Shown: positions 1 to 12,201, counted from the first letter of the whole stretch. The stretch is 63,960 bases of DNA, filler included, from Octopus bimaculoides (GCF_001194135.2; 5 parts of 5 records of this genome joined end to end with filler, not necessarily neighbours in it), one strand, 5' to 3'. A program made the numbers and translations. Notes: generated by a model not told the origin, from the sequence alone.

Positions 1-24
1 TATATATATATATATATATATATG

Positions 25-1582
25 GCCCTGATGGATTCCCAGAAATCCTTCTAAAAGTATGTAAGCGAGTCCTAAAAAGACCACTGTAGTCCCTCTTTCA
101 GAGCTTCCTTGCATCTGGCAAACTCCCAAGAAAACTGAAGCAAGGTGAAATATGTCCTATTTATAAAGAAGGTAGCAGAGCGGAGGCCAAGAACTACAGA
201 CCTATCTCTCTAACCTCGCACATCACCAAGGTTATGGAACGAATAGTCAGAAGAAAACTAATCGCCTTCCTTGAAGAAAATGGTTTCCGACCAGGAAGAA
301 GCTGCCTGGCTCAGCTCTTACAACACTATGACTGGGTACTGAAACAGCCACTCAAATGTGCAAGTGATATATCTCGACTTTGCAAAGGCCTTTAATAAAG
401 TCGATCATGGAATGATATATCACAAACTGCGTGATCTCCGTATAGTTGGAAAATTGGGAGAATGGCTTCATGACTTTCTGAAGGATAGAAGTCAGGTGGT
501 AGTAGCCAATGGGGGCCACCTCCAATGACACGAAAATAGTGAGCGGTGTTCTGCAAGGCACTGTTTTGGGACCACTACTGTTCATAATGGCCCTCTCAGA
601 CATGCCCTCAGCCACCTAGAGAGCCACGATCACAAGTTATGCAGATGATACAAAAATCTCACAGGTAATACAGAACCCTGAAGACACTATGGACCTGCAA
701 TGTGAGCTGGATGAAATATACAAGTGGGCTGAACAGAATAGCATGCAGTTTAATGCTGAAAAGTTTCAAGCCTTGTGCTATCAGCATGCAAAACTAAACG
801 TAATGCCCATTAAATACACTGGACCTGGAGGGATTGCAATCCCAGAGGCACAGTCAGTGTGAGACCTGGGCATTTACATGAGTAATAATGCATCCTTTCA
901 TGTGCATGTTGCTAAATTGGCAATGNNNNNNNNNNAGTAATAATGCATCCTTTCATGTGCATGTTGCTAAATTGGCAATGAAATGCGGGCGACTGACCGG
1001 ATGGATTCTTAGAACTTTTAGAACAAGAGATCAGGAAACCATGATGGTCCTCTGGGGGACATTTGTCCCAAACCACTTTGACTATTGCTCTCAGTCATGG
1101 TCACCATCCAGTGTCAAATTAATCTCAGAACTTGAGGCAATCCAACGAATAAGATAGCCTCTATGCAGCATATAAGCTATTGGGAATGACTCAAGAGATT
1201 AAGACTCTACTCCTTAGAGCATAGGCGAGAAATATATGCCATAATTTACATCTGGAAGATCCTCGAAGGATTTGTCCCAAACTTTGGCATCGAAAGTTAC
1301 ACAAATACTAGAACTGGGCGCCACTGCATAGTGCCAAGGCCTCCAAATTTGCCATCAAGATGTGGGACACGAGGTCCACAGCTCTTCAATATCCTCCCGA
1401 AGGACCTGAGAGATCTGCATGGGGTGGATGTAGGTATCTTCAAAATAAAGCTGGACCTCTTCCTGTCAAGTGTCCCAGATGAACCAACTTCGCGATTCCT
1501 GAAAAGCATTCGTGAAGTAAAATTATGTAGCAACACCAAATGACGGTGCCCCCAGCATGGCCACATCTCATGAGCTGAAACT
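25..1582 (+). mobile_element. Decayed CR1/L2-type non-LTR retrotransposon, RT domain through 3' end
   Basis: Manual translation across frameshifts and stops gives GPDGFPEILLK, KNYRPISLTSHITKVMER, GFRPGRSCLAQLL, IYLDFAKAFNKVDH, VSGVLQGTVLGPLLF, SYADDTKI, WAEQNSMQFNAEK and DLGIYM, all typical CR1/L2-group RT motifs. Confidence 0.9.
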
Positions 1583-2119
1583 NNNNNNNNNNNNNNNNNN
1601 NNNNNNNNNNNNNNNNNNNNNNNNNNNNNNNNNNNNNNNNNNNNNNNNNNNNNNNNNNNNNNNNNNNNNNNNNNNNNNNNNNNNNNNNNNNNNNNNNNNN
1701 NNNNNNNNNNNNNNNNNNNNNNNNNNNNNNNNNNNNNNNNNNNNNNNNNNNNNNNNNNNNNNNNNNNNNNNNNNNNNNNNNNNNNNNNNNNNNNNNNNNN
1801 NNNNNNNNNNNNNNNNNNNNNNNNNNNNNNNNNNNNTATATATATATATATATGGATATAGGTAAGCAGGGTTAGCAGTTGGAATAACCGTCTAAGGGAT
1901 AAGAATATCCGTTCTTACTACCAGTATCATTTACCTATGCTGTCTTTGGGCATGGGTTATGAAGTACAGTATGCTCATTGGGTAAAGGTAAAAAAACTGG
2001 ATAAACAAATGTTTAGCAGCAATCAAATTTAAATAAGCAAAAAAGGGAGAAAAACGTTTGGTCAATATACAAACAAATTGACCAACATCGGTTAAATAAT
2101 CTTTTAATACAAAATATAA

Positions 2120-2355
2120 CACAACATTACACAACATTTCGTACGGCCGTTTCGGCTGCCGATATCAATCGGTGTTTACAAAGAAAATTCCAAAAATAAT
2201 ATTTGCCATCTTTATAGCACATTCGATCTAGTAGATAGAGCTTCATCCGTGTGAATACAAATACATAAAATATGGCGAATATTATTTTCGGAATTTTCTT
2301 TGTAAACACCGATTGACATCGGCGGCCGAGACGGCCGTAAGAAATTTGTTTGGTG
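2120..2355. mobile_element. MITE-like fold-back element, possibly piggyBac-type
   Basis: ~75-bp inverted arms (2133-2209 vs 2272-2348) around a ~60-bp spacer; ends CAC...GTG, flanked by ATAA (left) and TTAA (right). Confidence 0.6.
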
Positions 2356-2625
2356 TTAATCTCGCATTATCACAGTTCAGCATAGGAACTAGGCTCATTG
2401 ACAACTTCTCTAGTAATTTTTAAATGTTCGCAATTAGTGTCATTACCAGCAAAATCTTGTATATCCTCATCTATAAGAATCAAACCTACAAAAGAGGATC
2501 TTCAATTTTTATATAAACTCTACATGCACTAACAGAGTTCCACATATGTATCCAGTAAAAGGCTGTATGATGGAGTATGAAAGCCGATGTGTCAGAGACT
2601 TGAAATGTGTTAGGTTATTACCAAC

Positions 2626-2633
2626 ATGATATG

Positions 2634-2685
<52 letters not shown>

Positions 2686-2708
2686 TACACACAAACACAC
2701 GCATGCAG

Positions 2709-2741
<33 letters not shown>

Positions 2742-2780
2742 TACACACACATATTACACATATACACACACACACATATA
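2626..2780. repeat. (TA)n/(CA)n microsatellite
   Basis: Direct reading. Confidence 0.95.
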
Positions 2781-2781
2781 T

Positions 2782-3128
2782 AGGTACAGGCGTTTCATTG
2801 TAGTAAGAAAATTGTTTCCCATTCACAATGTTCCGGTTTCAGTCCCACTGCATGGCACCTCTATAAACCTCGCACTAACTAAAGCCTTGTGAGTGGATTT
2901 AGTAGACGGAAACTGAAAAGGCCCGTCGTGTGTGTATTTGTGTCTGTGTTTATCCTTCACACCACTTGACAATCGGTGGTGGTGTATTTACGTTGCCATA
3001 ACTAAGCGGCTCTGCAAAAGAGACCGATAGAATAAGTACCAAGCTTTACAAAAAAATAAGTACTGGTGTCGATTCGTTCGACTACAATTCTTTAAGGTGA
3101 TGCCCTAGTATGGCTGCAATAAAAGATA
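2782..3128 (+). mobile_element. SINE family A (tRNA-derived CORE-type, OR1/OR2-like by inference), diverged
   Basis: Shares GTGAGTGGATTT.GTAGACGGAAACTGAAA, AAAAGAGACCGATAGAATAAGTAC and the tail with other copies in the window. Confidence 0.8.
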
Positions 3129-3937
3129 AATGATATACATATATATGTATAGATATAAACATATACTTTTGAGAAAGTTGATTGACCATTAGTTTCGTGC
3201 CTATAAAGCGCTTAGCCATATAGGAGACTCGCCAAATTCAAATGGCCAAAGGCACATAGTAGCCTCTCTACGACCTGAGGGAGAAAAACTAGCTATCAAT
3301 TAGTTTTGTAAACATATACACACACACACACACATACATATATATTGATTGAGAAACCAGTGGTTTACCGTTAAGTTAAATGTTTTTAAGAGATTAATTT
3401 TGAAAGCTGCATTTCCTCGCTTTCGGTAAATATGTTGCTTATCTTTTGGTAGTTTTTGACTTATTTAGTCCCTCTGAGCGTGAGGCATTACTATATAGTT
3501 ACTATATAGTTAATGCCCTTATATAAATTATATATATTTATGAAAAAAATGATGAGTGTTTTTCATTATGAGGTNNNNNNNNNNNNNNNNNNNNNNNNNN
3601 NNNNNNNNNNNNNNNNNNNNNNNNNNNNNNNNNNNNNNNNNNNNNNNNNNNNNNNNNNNNNNNNNNNNNNNNNNNNNNNNNNNNNNNNNNNNNNNNNNNN
3701 NNNNNNNNNNNNNNNNNNNNNNNNNNNNNNNNNNNNNNNNNNNNNNNNNNNNNNNNNNNNNNNNNNNNNNNNNNNNNNNNNNNNNNNNNNNNNNNNNNNN
3801 NNNNNNNNNNNNNNNNNNNNNNNNNNNNNNNNNNNNNNNNNNNNNNNNNNNNNNNNNNNNNNNNNNNNNNNNNNNNNNNNNNNNNNNNNNNNNNNNNNNN
3901 NNNNNATATATATATATATAATACGAGTAGCTTAATA

Positions 3938-4366
3938 GCAATTTAACAACCTAGAGGCAAATTTATAGATGTCGCTAACGTGACAGGGGGTTCAAAGTGG
4001 TACCAGTATTGCTAGAAATAAGAGTCAAACCGACTCATTAGCCACAAGAGCACTATCTTAAGCTGACAGGGGAAATAAAGCTCCCTACGGTCGCAGACAA
4101 CCATATCACCCGTGATTTCGAATTCTAATGCAAATCATCTTAAGTCTCATCAGTGGCTCTTACAGTGCCTCGGGTTAAGCTCAACACACCTCGTCAACTT
4201 ATAAGAAAAACCGTTGAAAACATGTACTGATTTCAAAAATAGTAGAAGTGAAAACTATAAATAATACGGGTGGCTTATTGGCAATTTAACAACCTAAAGG
4301 CAAATTTATAGACGTCTCTATATATTAGCAAATTAACAACCTGAAGGCAAATTTGTAGACATCACT
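3938..4366. repeat. Three dispersed copies of a ~38-bp motif (GCAATTTAACAACCT.AAGGCAAATTT.TAGA) flanking an HHR; probable PLE pseudo-LTR remnant
   Basis: Copies start near 3938, 4281 and 4327. Confidence 0.6.
4099..4158 (-). ncRNA. Type I hammerhead ribozyme motif
   Basis: Minus strand: agcca-CUGAUGA-gacuu...aauuc-GAAA-ucac-gg-guga-U-A-ugguu; stems I-III can form, with one mismatch in stem II. Confidence 0.7.
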
Positions 4367-4679
4367 ATATAATATATATTGGTCAAGCACTAAACGTGCT
4401 TAGTGCTTTAGTCAATAAAATGTTGGGTCAAGCTCAAACGTGCCTTGACTATAATTCGTAACCTCGCTGCACTTTAGAAAAATTAATTTTTTCAATTTTT
4501 TTAATTTCCATTAACTTTCTTAAACTTGGTTAAAATTGCATATACTTTATGTTAAAGCATTCATTGTATTATAACCTTTATTTTCATAATAATTAATAAT
4601 TATAATGATAATAAAATCTTTTTAACAATTTTCTCAAGAACCTCTGCATATTCACATTTCAGTTTTTTTTTTTTTTCAC

Positions 4680-4795
4680 TCATACATACCCTCTCCTCCT
4701 CTTTTTCTTTCTATGTTTGTTTATTCTCGCTCTCATACTTATTCTCCCTGCTTTCTATCAGTCATCCACCTTTTATCTTTCTGTCTGTCTGTCTG

Positions 4796-4853
<58 letters not shown>

Positions 4854-5220
4854 TCCATTTCTCTCTCTCTCTCTCTTTCCTTCTGTCTCTTCTGTTTGCT
4901 TTTCTCTCTCCAACTCTTCCTTTTTCTATGTTTGTTTACTCTCTTTTCAACTTATTCTCCTTCCCTTTCTGTTAATTCTGTATCAATCCTGTTTATCTAT
5001 GACTCCTTCACCGTTTTCTCTCTATTTTTGTCTCTCTCTCTCTCTTTATCTATTTATCTATCTATCTCTATCTTTGTCTTTCTCTCTCTTTCTCGGTCTT
5101 TTCGCTTGCGTTTTTCTCTTACACTCTTCCTCCTTCTACTGCCGTTACTCTTTCTCTCTTACACTTTTTCTTCTATCTCCCGCCCATGCTTTACTACCCT
5201 TTCTTTCCTATCTACTCTGC
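4680..5220. repeat. CT-rich polypyrimidine low-complexity tract
   Basis: Direct reading; explains ORFs 4713..5333 and 4717..5247. Confidence 0.9.
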
Positions 5221-6397
5221 TTATTGCTCTCTACCTACCAAAATTAGTGAAGTTGAACTGCAACACAAGGTCATGTTTTCTCTCTGCCTTGTTTCTTCTT
5301 TCCGGTGATCATCACCAGGTCAAATTTAATTAACACCATGTCCGAATTCTCATTAATTCATTAAATTAGTACTTTACTTTCTTTTCCCTGCACTCAAGGG
5401 TTACCTGAATAACGTGAACCGATGGGGGTACAGGTGTTATTATGTGAGACAACGTGGTCACTCGACCTGTTAGAAATAGCAGCTACATTTTCCTGAAAAA
5501 TCACTTCCTACTGTCTCTTAGAAAAGACGCATTTGATGATGTATTTCTAGACGTACTGTATCAGAAATACAGAATGGCTGGTCAAAGTGAAACATCTTTC
5601 ATCGTAAGTCTGCTAGCTCAGGGGTGATCTGACGCTAAATAATCAGATATATTTTATGTACAAATAATGTATGTAACACATGGATATTATGTAACACATG
5701 TATATTAATAACTTGTAGGTACCTGGTATTTACGTACCCGCTTCTAAGAATGCGTTTAATATGTAAATTGATATATTCATTAACTATACACCGCTATATA
5801 TAGTGGCTACTTAAGCAATATGTTCCAGGATGATTAATGGGTTAGATGGGTGTTGATGAAGGGGCAAAACCCCCCGATATATGGCATATACGCACATTAC
5901 CCATTTTTCATCTTCGATCTCATTATTTGTCTACATCTGACGAAACATAGTAGCAAAAATCAGTGCTGGTTATATTTTCTATTTAATATCTGCAGAGATG
6001 ATCTTAATACGTGTATATTATACTGAAGTTAAACGAATGTACAATACAACCCGGTAAAAATAGCAAAATATTTTTGGCACAAATTTCAAATTAAGAGCCA
6101 CTATTATGCATTCATTACAAACAGTCGATTTTAGGCATTATACTTGCATTGTAAAAAATTATGCTGACAAATGAAATTTTATTAGTGTTCCAAAATGATG
6201 AACATTGTTACGTTGTTTTTTAATTGAAATGAAATAACAGGCATAAATGATAACTAATTATAAAATAAAAGTTAAAAATCAGTGATGGTTTCCCCACCTC
6301 ATAAAAACGAACAATCACCTCAACGTGGTATGGGGTGAGCCAGAAACTGGGCTAACGATGGTAATGGTACTTCAATGATAATCTAAATAATCCTTTC

Positions 6398-6600
6398 TGC
6401 TATAAGAACAAGGCCTGAAATTTTGAGGGAGGGAGCCAGTCGATTTGATCGACGCCAGTACGCAACTGGTTCTTAATTTATCGACCCCGAAAGGATGAAA
6501 GGCAAAGTTGATCTCGGCGGAATTTGAACTCAGAACGTAGTGACGAGCGAAATACCCCTAAGCACTTCGTCCGGCGTACTAACGTTTCTGACAACACGCC
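6398..6600 (-). mobile_element. SINE family B (OK-like by inference)
   Basis: Reverse complement of the GAGTTCAAATTCCGCCGAGGTCGACTTTGCCTTTCATCCTTTCGGGGTCGATAAA core seen in many copies. Confidence 0.85.
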
Positions 6601-6913
6601 ACTTGATAATCTAAATAATAAATGATATAGCATAATCTTATAAAAAAAGTTAAATGAAAACAATTTCCTGTTTTACAGAAAAAAGGGTTCAACAAAATGT
6701 TCAAACTTTGAATTTTTTTTTTTTAATTGTTGTTTTACAGAATGTTGAGCCTTCCTAAACCAGGACTGCCATGTTATGTTGGCAAACAATCTTTACTACA
6801 GAATATTTACTGTAGCTCATCTTTTATACCAAGACAAAACATATACATGATAACACTTCCAATCATTAAAGATCAGAAGCCATGAGAATCAGTGCCTGGT
6901 ACTGCATCAGGGC

Positions 6914-6915
<2 letters not shown>

Positions 6916-7004
<89 letters not shown>

Positions 7005-7058
7005 ATTATTGTTGTTGTTGTTGTTGCTATATACATATATGATGATGATGATGATGAT
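6916..7058. repeat. Compound (ATT)n(GTT)n(GAT)n microsatellite between short inverted arms
   Basis: Direct reading. Confidence 0.9.
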
Positions 7059-7086
7059 AAATGCCCTGTTACAGTACCAGGCATAT

Positions 7087-7430
7087 ATTGTTGGCACTCC
7101 GTCGCTTACGACGTCGAGGGTTCCAGATGATCCGATCAACGGAACAGCCTGCTCGTGAAATTAATGTGCAAGTGGCTGAGCACTCCACAGACACGTGTAC
7201 TCTTAACGTAGTTCTCGGGGATATTCAGCGTGACACAGTGTGACAAGGCTGACCCTTTGAATTACAGGCACAGCAGAAACAGGAAGTAAGAGTGAGAGAA
7301 AGTTGTGGTGAAAGAGTACAGCAGGGTTCACCACCATCCCCTGCCAGAGCCTCGTGGAGCTTTAGGTGTTTTCGTTCAATAAACACTCACAACGTCCGGT
7401 CTGGGAATCGAAACCGCGATTCTATGAATC
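7087..7430 (-). mobile_element. SINE family D, head truncated
   Basis: Reverse complement of 60256-60649 along most of its length. Confidence 0.9.
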
Positions 7431-7589
7431 GAACCGGAGGCAAACTGAATAGCTTGTCCATGACAACATGCAAAATGGTTTAGAAATTGTCTACTGGTGT
7501 GCGTAGGAATAAATTCAAATATATATTAAAAGGATTGCTAGTGTTGTAAACATTATCGATTACACATACTCGAAACATCGATGTCCATC

Positions 7590-8062
7590 ACTTTTGAATG
7601 GGATTCGGGGTGAATTGTCTCGCCTATCTACGTGTTTCAGGTGCCCGACGGTCAATAAAGAGTACTTTCTAGAGGTTTTGAGGAATTTCAGGAAGAGATT
7701 TCGTCGCAAAAAGTGAGAGCATCTGCACCAGAACAGTGCACCAATTCACTATTCCATCCTAGTAGCCAACTACTTGATAGAGATGGACATCAAAAATGTC
7801 CCTTATCTTCCCTACAGTCCAGACATTGTTCCTTGTGACTTTTGGTTGTTTCCCAAGGTGATGGAGAGTTGAAGGAGGATATGATAAAGATCCTAGATAC
7901 CTTCACTTTGAAGGATTTCTATGAAGCCTTCACGAAAGGACTGAAGCGCTACAAGTGCATGGAAGTCAGAAGAGCCTATTTTGAATGAGATTAGTGTTCT
8001 GTACTTTGTAATAAATAAATGTCTCTCCTGACAAAGTTTCAAATCTTCTGGAATGCCCATTG
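7590..8062 (+). mobile_element. Mariner transposase 3' fragment with 3' TIR
   Basis: TVNKEYFLEVLRNFRKRFRRK, HQNSAPIH, YLPYSPDIVPCDFWLFPK and KC.EVRRAYFE*; ends at TA 8063-8064. Confidence 0.8.
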
Positions 8063-8072
8063 TACACATGTA

Positions 8073-9334
8073 TTAGGTCGTCAAATATGAAATTTGTAGA
8101 AAAGAAATTTGTAGAAAGAAAAAAAAAATTTGCGAATGTTTTATAAATATTGGAACAGTTTTATTCATCAAAGTATGCACCCATATTGACAATACATTTT
8201 TGCCATTTCTGTGGTAGCTTGTCCAGCCCGGAACTGTAAAAGCTTAGCAATCTAGAGTCAATAAAATCTTGGAAGGTCTGTTTTACAGCATCGTCGGAAT
8301 TAAAATTTTTTCCTACCAAAAAGTTATCTAAATTCTGGAAGAAGTGGTAGTCAGTGGGGGCAAGATCTCATGAGTATGGTGGATGATGGAGAACTTCCAA
8401 CTCCAACTCCTGTAGTTTCGCCAATGTCATTTTTACGATGCGTGGTCTGGCGTTGTCTTGCAATAAAATAGGAGTGGATCTATTGACTAACCTAGGCTAT
8501 TTTTTGTTTCTGCATCATTTGGTCTAGTTGACTGCAGCATACTTCGGCTGTGATTGATGAGCCAGGTTTAATGAAATCATAATGGACCACACTCGCGCCA
8601 GACCACTAAACGCACACCATCAGCTTCTTTTCGTGAATTTTGCTTTTTGGACTTGTTTTGGTGGCTTGTTTTTGTCCAACCATGGTGCTGAAGTTTATGG
8701 TTGTTATATTGGATCCATTTCTCATCACATGTTACAATTTGATTAAAAAATGATTCATTTTTGTGACGAGAAAGTACCATAATGCAGGCTTCCAAACGTT
8801 TCTATTTCTGATTTTCATTGGGTTCATGTGGAACCCACTTATCCAACTTTTTCACTTTTCCGATTTGAACTATGCGAGTCAATATTGTTTGCTTGCTAAC
8901 ACCAAACAACAACGATAATTCACGAGTACTTTGAGATGGATCTGACTTGACGGTAGCTTTCAGTTCATCATTATGCACCTTTGTTTCTGGCCGACTGCGT
9001 TTCTCATTTGCGCGGTCAAAGTTACCAGAACGAAATTTTGCAAACCAATTTGATACTATCTGCTGTGTAATAACATTAGAATGAAATACTCCATTAATAT
9101 TCTGAGCTGTTTGTGATGCTGTATTTCCAAGAAAGAAAAACTGTATGAATTTCCGACTTATCCATATCTAAACAATAAAGCGCAAAATGAGTTAGAATAA
9201 AGAAATAGATGTTTCAGCTTATAAACATTGTGAAAATACAATAATGGCGAAAAATGAGTAGCTGTCTATGAGTAGAAAAATGAGTAGTAGGTTTACCATA
9301 TACCTTACTATAAATTTCAGACTTGACGACCTAA
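8073..9334 (-). mobile_element. Full-length (~1.26 kb) decayed mariner transposon
   Basis: TIRs TTAGGTCGTCAAATATGAAATTT / AAATTTCAGACTTGACGACCTAA with TA on both sides; minus strand IVTCDEKWIQYNN, HPPYS*DLAPTDYHFFQNLDNFL and LPQKWQKCI. Confidence 0.92.
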
Positions 9335-9391
9335 TACATACACATGCACGCACATACATACATACATACATACGTACATGCATGCATGCCT

Positions 9392-9426
<35 letters not shown>

Positions 9427-9509
9427 CTTATATATAAATGCACACACATAGATATATATATAGTAATAATAACAATAATACTTGATTGGAACTTATAAAC
9501 ATTTAATGC

Positions 9510-9642
9510 ATCGTTACGCGCGTTTCCACAAATCACGTCACTTAAGATCACAATCCGTATCCCTGGGATGATTGCAGTGTAGTCTGTAGTATCTGTGGGC
9601 ATCGGGGTAATCATCTTGATGGATTAATTTCTTCAGACGATA
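9510..9642 (-). ncRNA. Type I hammerhead-like motif with ~100-nt stem II insertion
   Basis: Minus strand: aucgu-CUGAAGA-[104 nt]-GAAA-cgcgcg-U-A-acgau; perfect 5-bp stem I and palindromic stem III, but the base of stem II is imperfect. Confidence 0.55.
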
Positions 9643-9959
9643 TAATATTAATGGATGTTTAACAGAGAGATGCTTATCCCTCTTAAACAGCGCGAAGGTT
9701 GATTGATTTATGTGTGTATTTGGTGTGGAAGAGGTGAAGTTGATGGAAACAGAGGAATGAATGATAGTTATATGGGGATAGAAGTGTGTATGATGATGTT
9801 GGACTTGTTTTGCTAGTCAGTCCGCCAATGTCAAGAATGGGTAGCACATTCCTTTGTTCGATCTCATTTAAGGTATAACTATCTTCAGTTCTTTCTTTGT
9901 TCTATAATATGCTAAGGGCTGTTGATGTTATTCTATTTCAAAATGGGTTTTTTTTTCTT

Positions 9960-11460
9960 TTCAAATTCCAAAAACGACATGATATGATCACCTCGGAGTG
10001 TTTTCACTGGATGTGATGATTTCCAGAATTTCTTCTAGGGATAAGTTGCATACCTGTGATGTTCTTTTGTATGATGCAGCACTTTTTATAATGGACCAGT
10101 GGGTTCTATGCTCCATTCCATTTTGTTTTAGCCACCAGACGATGTTCGATAGTGATGTGGAGTACCTTTTATTTATATTGGAAAATGTTGTCCGATGGTT
10201 TCGCAAACGACTTTTCGTGGTGTCTCTGGTGTCACCAATGTACAAGTATTTCTGCGTAACTGCCTTCACCTCATATTTGTAAACTACATTCTTTATCATT
10301 CAGTTGTTAAATTTTCATCCTCTTTACGTCTATATTAGCATAAGATATTTTTTCCGTTCCCTAACGGAGTTACTACTGGTGGTTCTCTTTCTTCTTTCTC
10401 CTGTAATCGTCCACTCATTTTCCCTTTATATAGGTTGGACTTAATTGTGTGGTATTGTTTAGGTCCGTTTTTTTCTATTGATGAGCTTTTCTTACCCCTA
10501 TTTATTACCCCTATTCCATCGTCATGTACAATGCTATTAGCCGCGGTTGCCTCGTATATCCCCTCCAGTTTTATTCTATTTAGTTTTGTATTATTGTTTG
10601 TGTATGTTGTATTCTAGATTGTGAGAGGTCACGTATGCTAATTTTGCATTATGCCTGTTGATGACTTTGTAATATTTGAAAGACCTTGGGAAATGCCTGT
10701 TTAATACTGTGAAGAATTTCTGGCCTATTTTGGATTTTATTGTGAATTGAAGATTGGGTTAAACCAAATAATTTCTTCACTTATTTTTCAATTTCTTTTA
10801 ATATATCTTTGTTAGTGTATTTTGTTTTCTCTGCTTCAACTGCTTTATAATCATTATTAATATCAGCCTTTAGTGGTGACCTTCTATTTACCTTTGTCTA
10901 CTGTTTCGTGAGTGCTGTTTTATATCTATCCCTCTTAGTATTATGGTTCCCTAAGTGTTCCTATTATATTTACTGTTTTTCTAGGTTCTAGTATTCTGCA
11001 GTTACATATATGATTATCCCCACTATTAATAATGCTCTCTGGATATCGTGCCTTCTCTATCTTATTCTGTATATATACAATTCTTTTATTATATCCCACT
11101 CTAACTAATGCTGAGTTGTAATATTCGGCGTGCATATCGAGTATCCTTTCATCCGCGGAAAGTCTGGATATTCTATTACACACGCTTCTTGGGGTACTTC
11201 GCAGTATATGTTCTGGATGGTTGGGTCCTCGACACACATAATTTAAATTTTCATTTGGTTTATGGAACGGTTCGATGAGACTAAACTTTACGTCTAAGAG
11301 ATTTACCAGTCTGTGATTTTTTTCTATTTCAACTTTGAAACCAAAGTTCTAAAAGAATTTTAAAAGTTTTTCTTGCATCATTCTATTTCTACGTTGCTAC
11401 TTTTTTGTATTGTGAACAAAGCGTTGTTTCTATATAATCCCCATTCAAATATGAATTAGA
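9960..11460 (-). mobile_element. Decayed Penelope-like element (RT C-terminus, linker, GIY-YIG endonuclease)
   Basis: NVVYKYEV...YIGDTRDTTKSRLRNHRTTF...LSNIVWWLKQ...HWSII...CNLSLEE (9988-10299); NHPEHILRSTPRSVCNRISRLS...YNSALVRVGY (10941-11237); frameshifted WFNP/RHFP linker motif near 10600-10790. Confidence 0.9.
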
Positions 11461-11857
11461 AGCAGGTCGAGGTATATAAACAAAATCAAACACATACACA
11501 AAGTGTGTGTGTTGTTAGTTCGTGGATCGGCTGCGTTTTAGGCGTAAGAGAATATGTTCTCAATGCACCTGGTGTTAAAAACACATGAAGGTAAGTCACA
11601 GGCAAGCGAGACAACTTACGTCAAATCCTTTTTCGAAGCGACAGACATCGATGTTTGCAGTGAGTTTTGGAGGGGTATATTATCCAGGTGGATGCCGTAT
11701 TAGCTCTCAGTTAGGTTCCAGTTAATGGCTAACCACAACGATCGATAATTAACGTCTGTGGCTACAATTTGTTGTTAGCCACTCCGTGAAATCTTCGATA
11801 GCCAATTTCATGTACGCTTCGCTGGACAGTAAAAATTTTCTGAAGTATATATTATTA

Positions 11858-12158
11858 TTAATAATAAAGAGCATGGAGTCTTGTACCTCCACAAAATTTA
11901 TTTTATTGTTATATACACCAAGTTATAATGACCTACACGTGTTTCAGCTGCTACAACTACTCACTGTTGCAAATGCAAACTTGCAATATTATCTTTGCAG
12001 CTTCATCAGGGTCCGTGCAACGACAATATTGCAAGGCTGCATTTGCAACAGTGAGTAGTTGTTGCAGCTGAAACACGTGTAGGTCATTATAATATGGTAT
12101 ATATAACTATAAAATAAACTTTGTGGATGCACAAGTCTCCCTAATCTTTATTATAATA
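11858..12158. repeat. Fold-back palindrome, ~130-bp arms, 34-bp spacer
   Basis: 11858-11990 is the reverse complement of 12025-12158; the inner ~70 bp are nearly perfect. Confidence 0.92.
11930..12013 (-). ncRNA. Minimal type I hammerhead ribozyme motif (PLE-type)
   Basis: Minus strand: gacc-CUGAUGA-agcugc...gcagcu-GAAA-cacgug-U-A-gguc; intact core, 6-bp stem II, palindromic stem III. Confidence 0.8.
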
Positions 12159-12160
12159 AC

Positions 12161-12201
<41 letters not shown>

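Noticed and set aside
881-980. 45-bp tandem duplication inside the LINE
   Set aside because: Exact copies on either side of a 10-N gap, typical of an unmerged contig overlap
5853-5885. HHR-like TTGATGAAGGGG-CAAAA-CCCCCGATA
   Set aside because: Both core halves are mutated and stems I and III are unconvincing; a remnant at best
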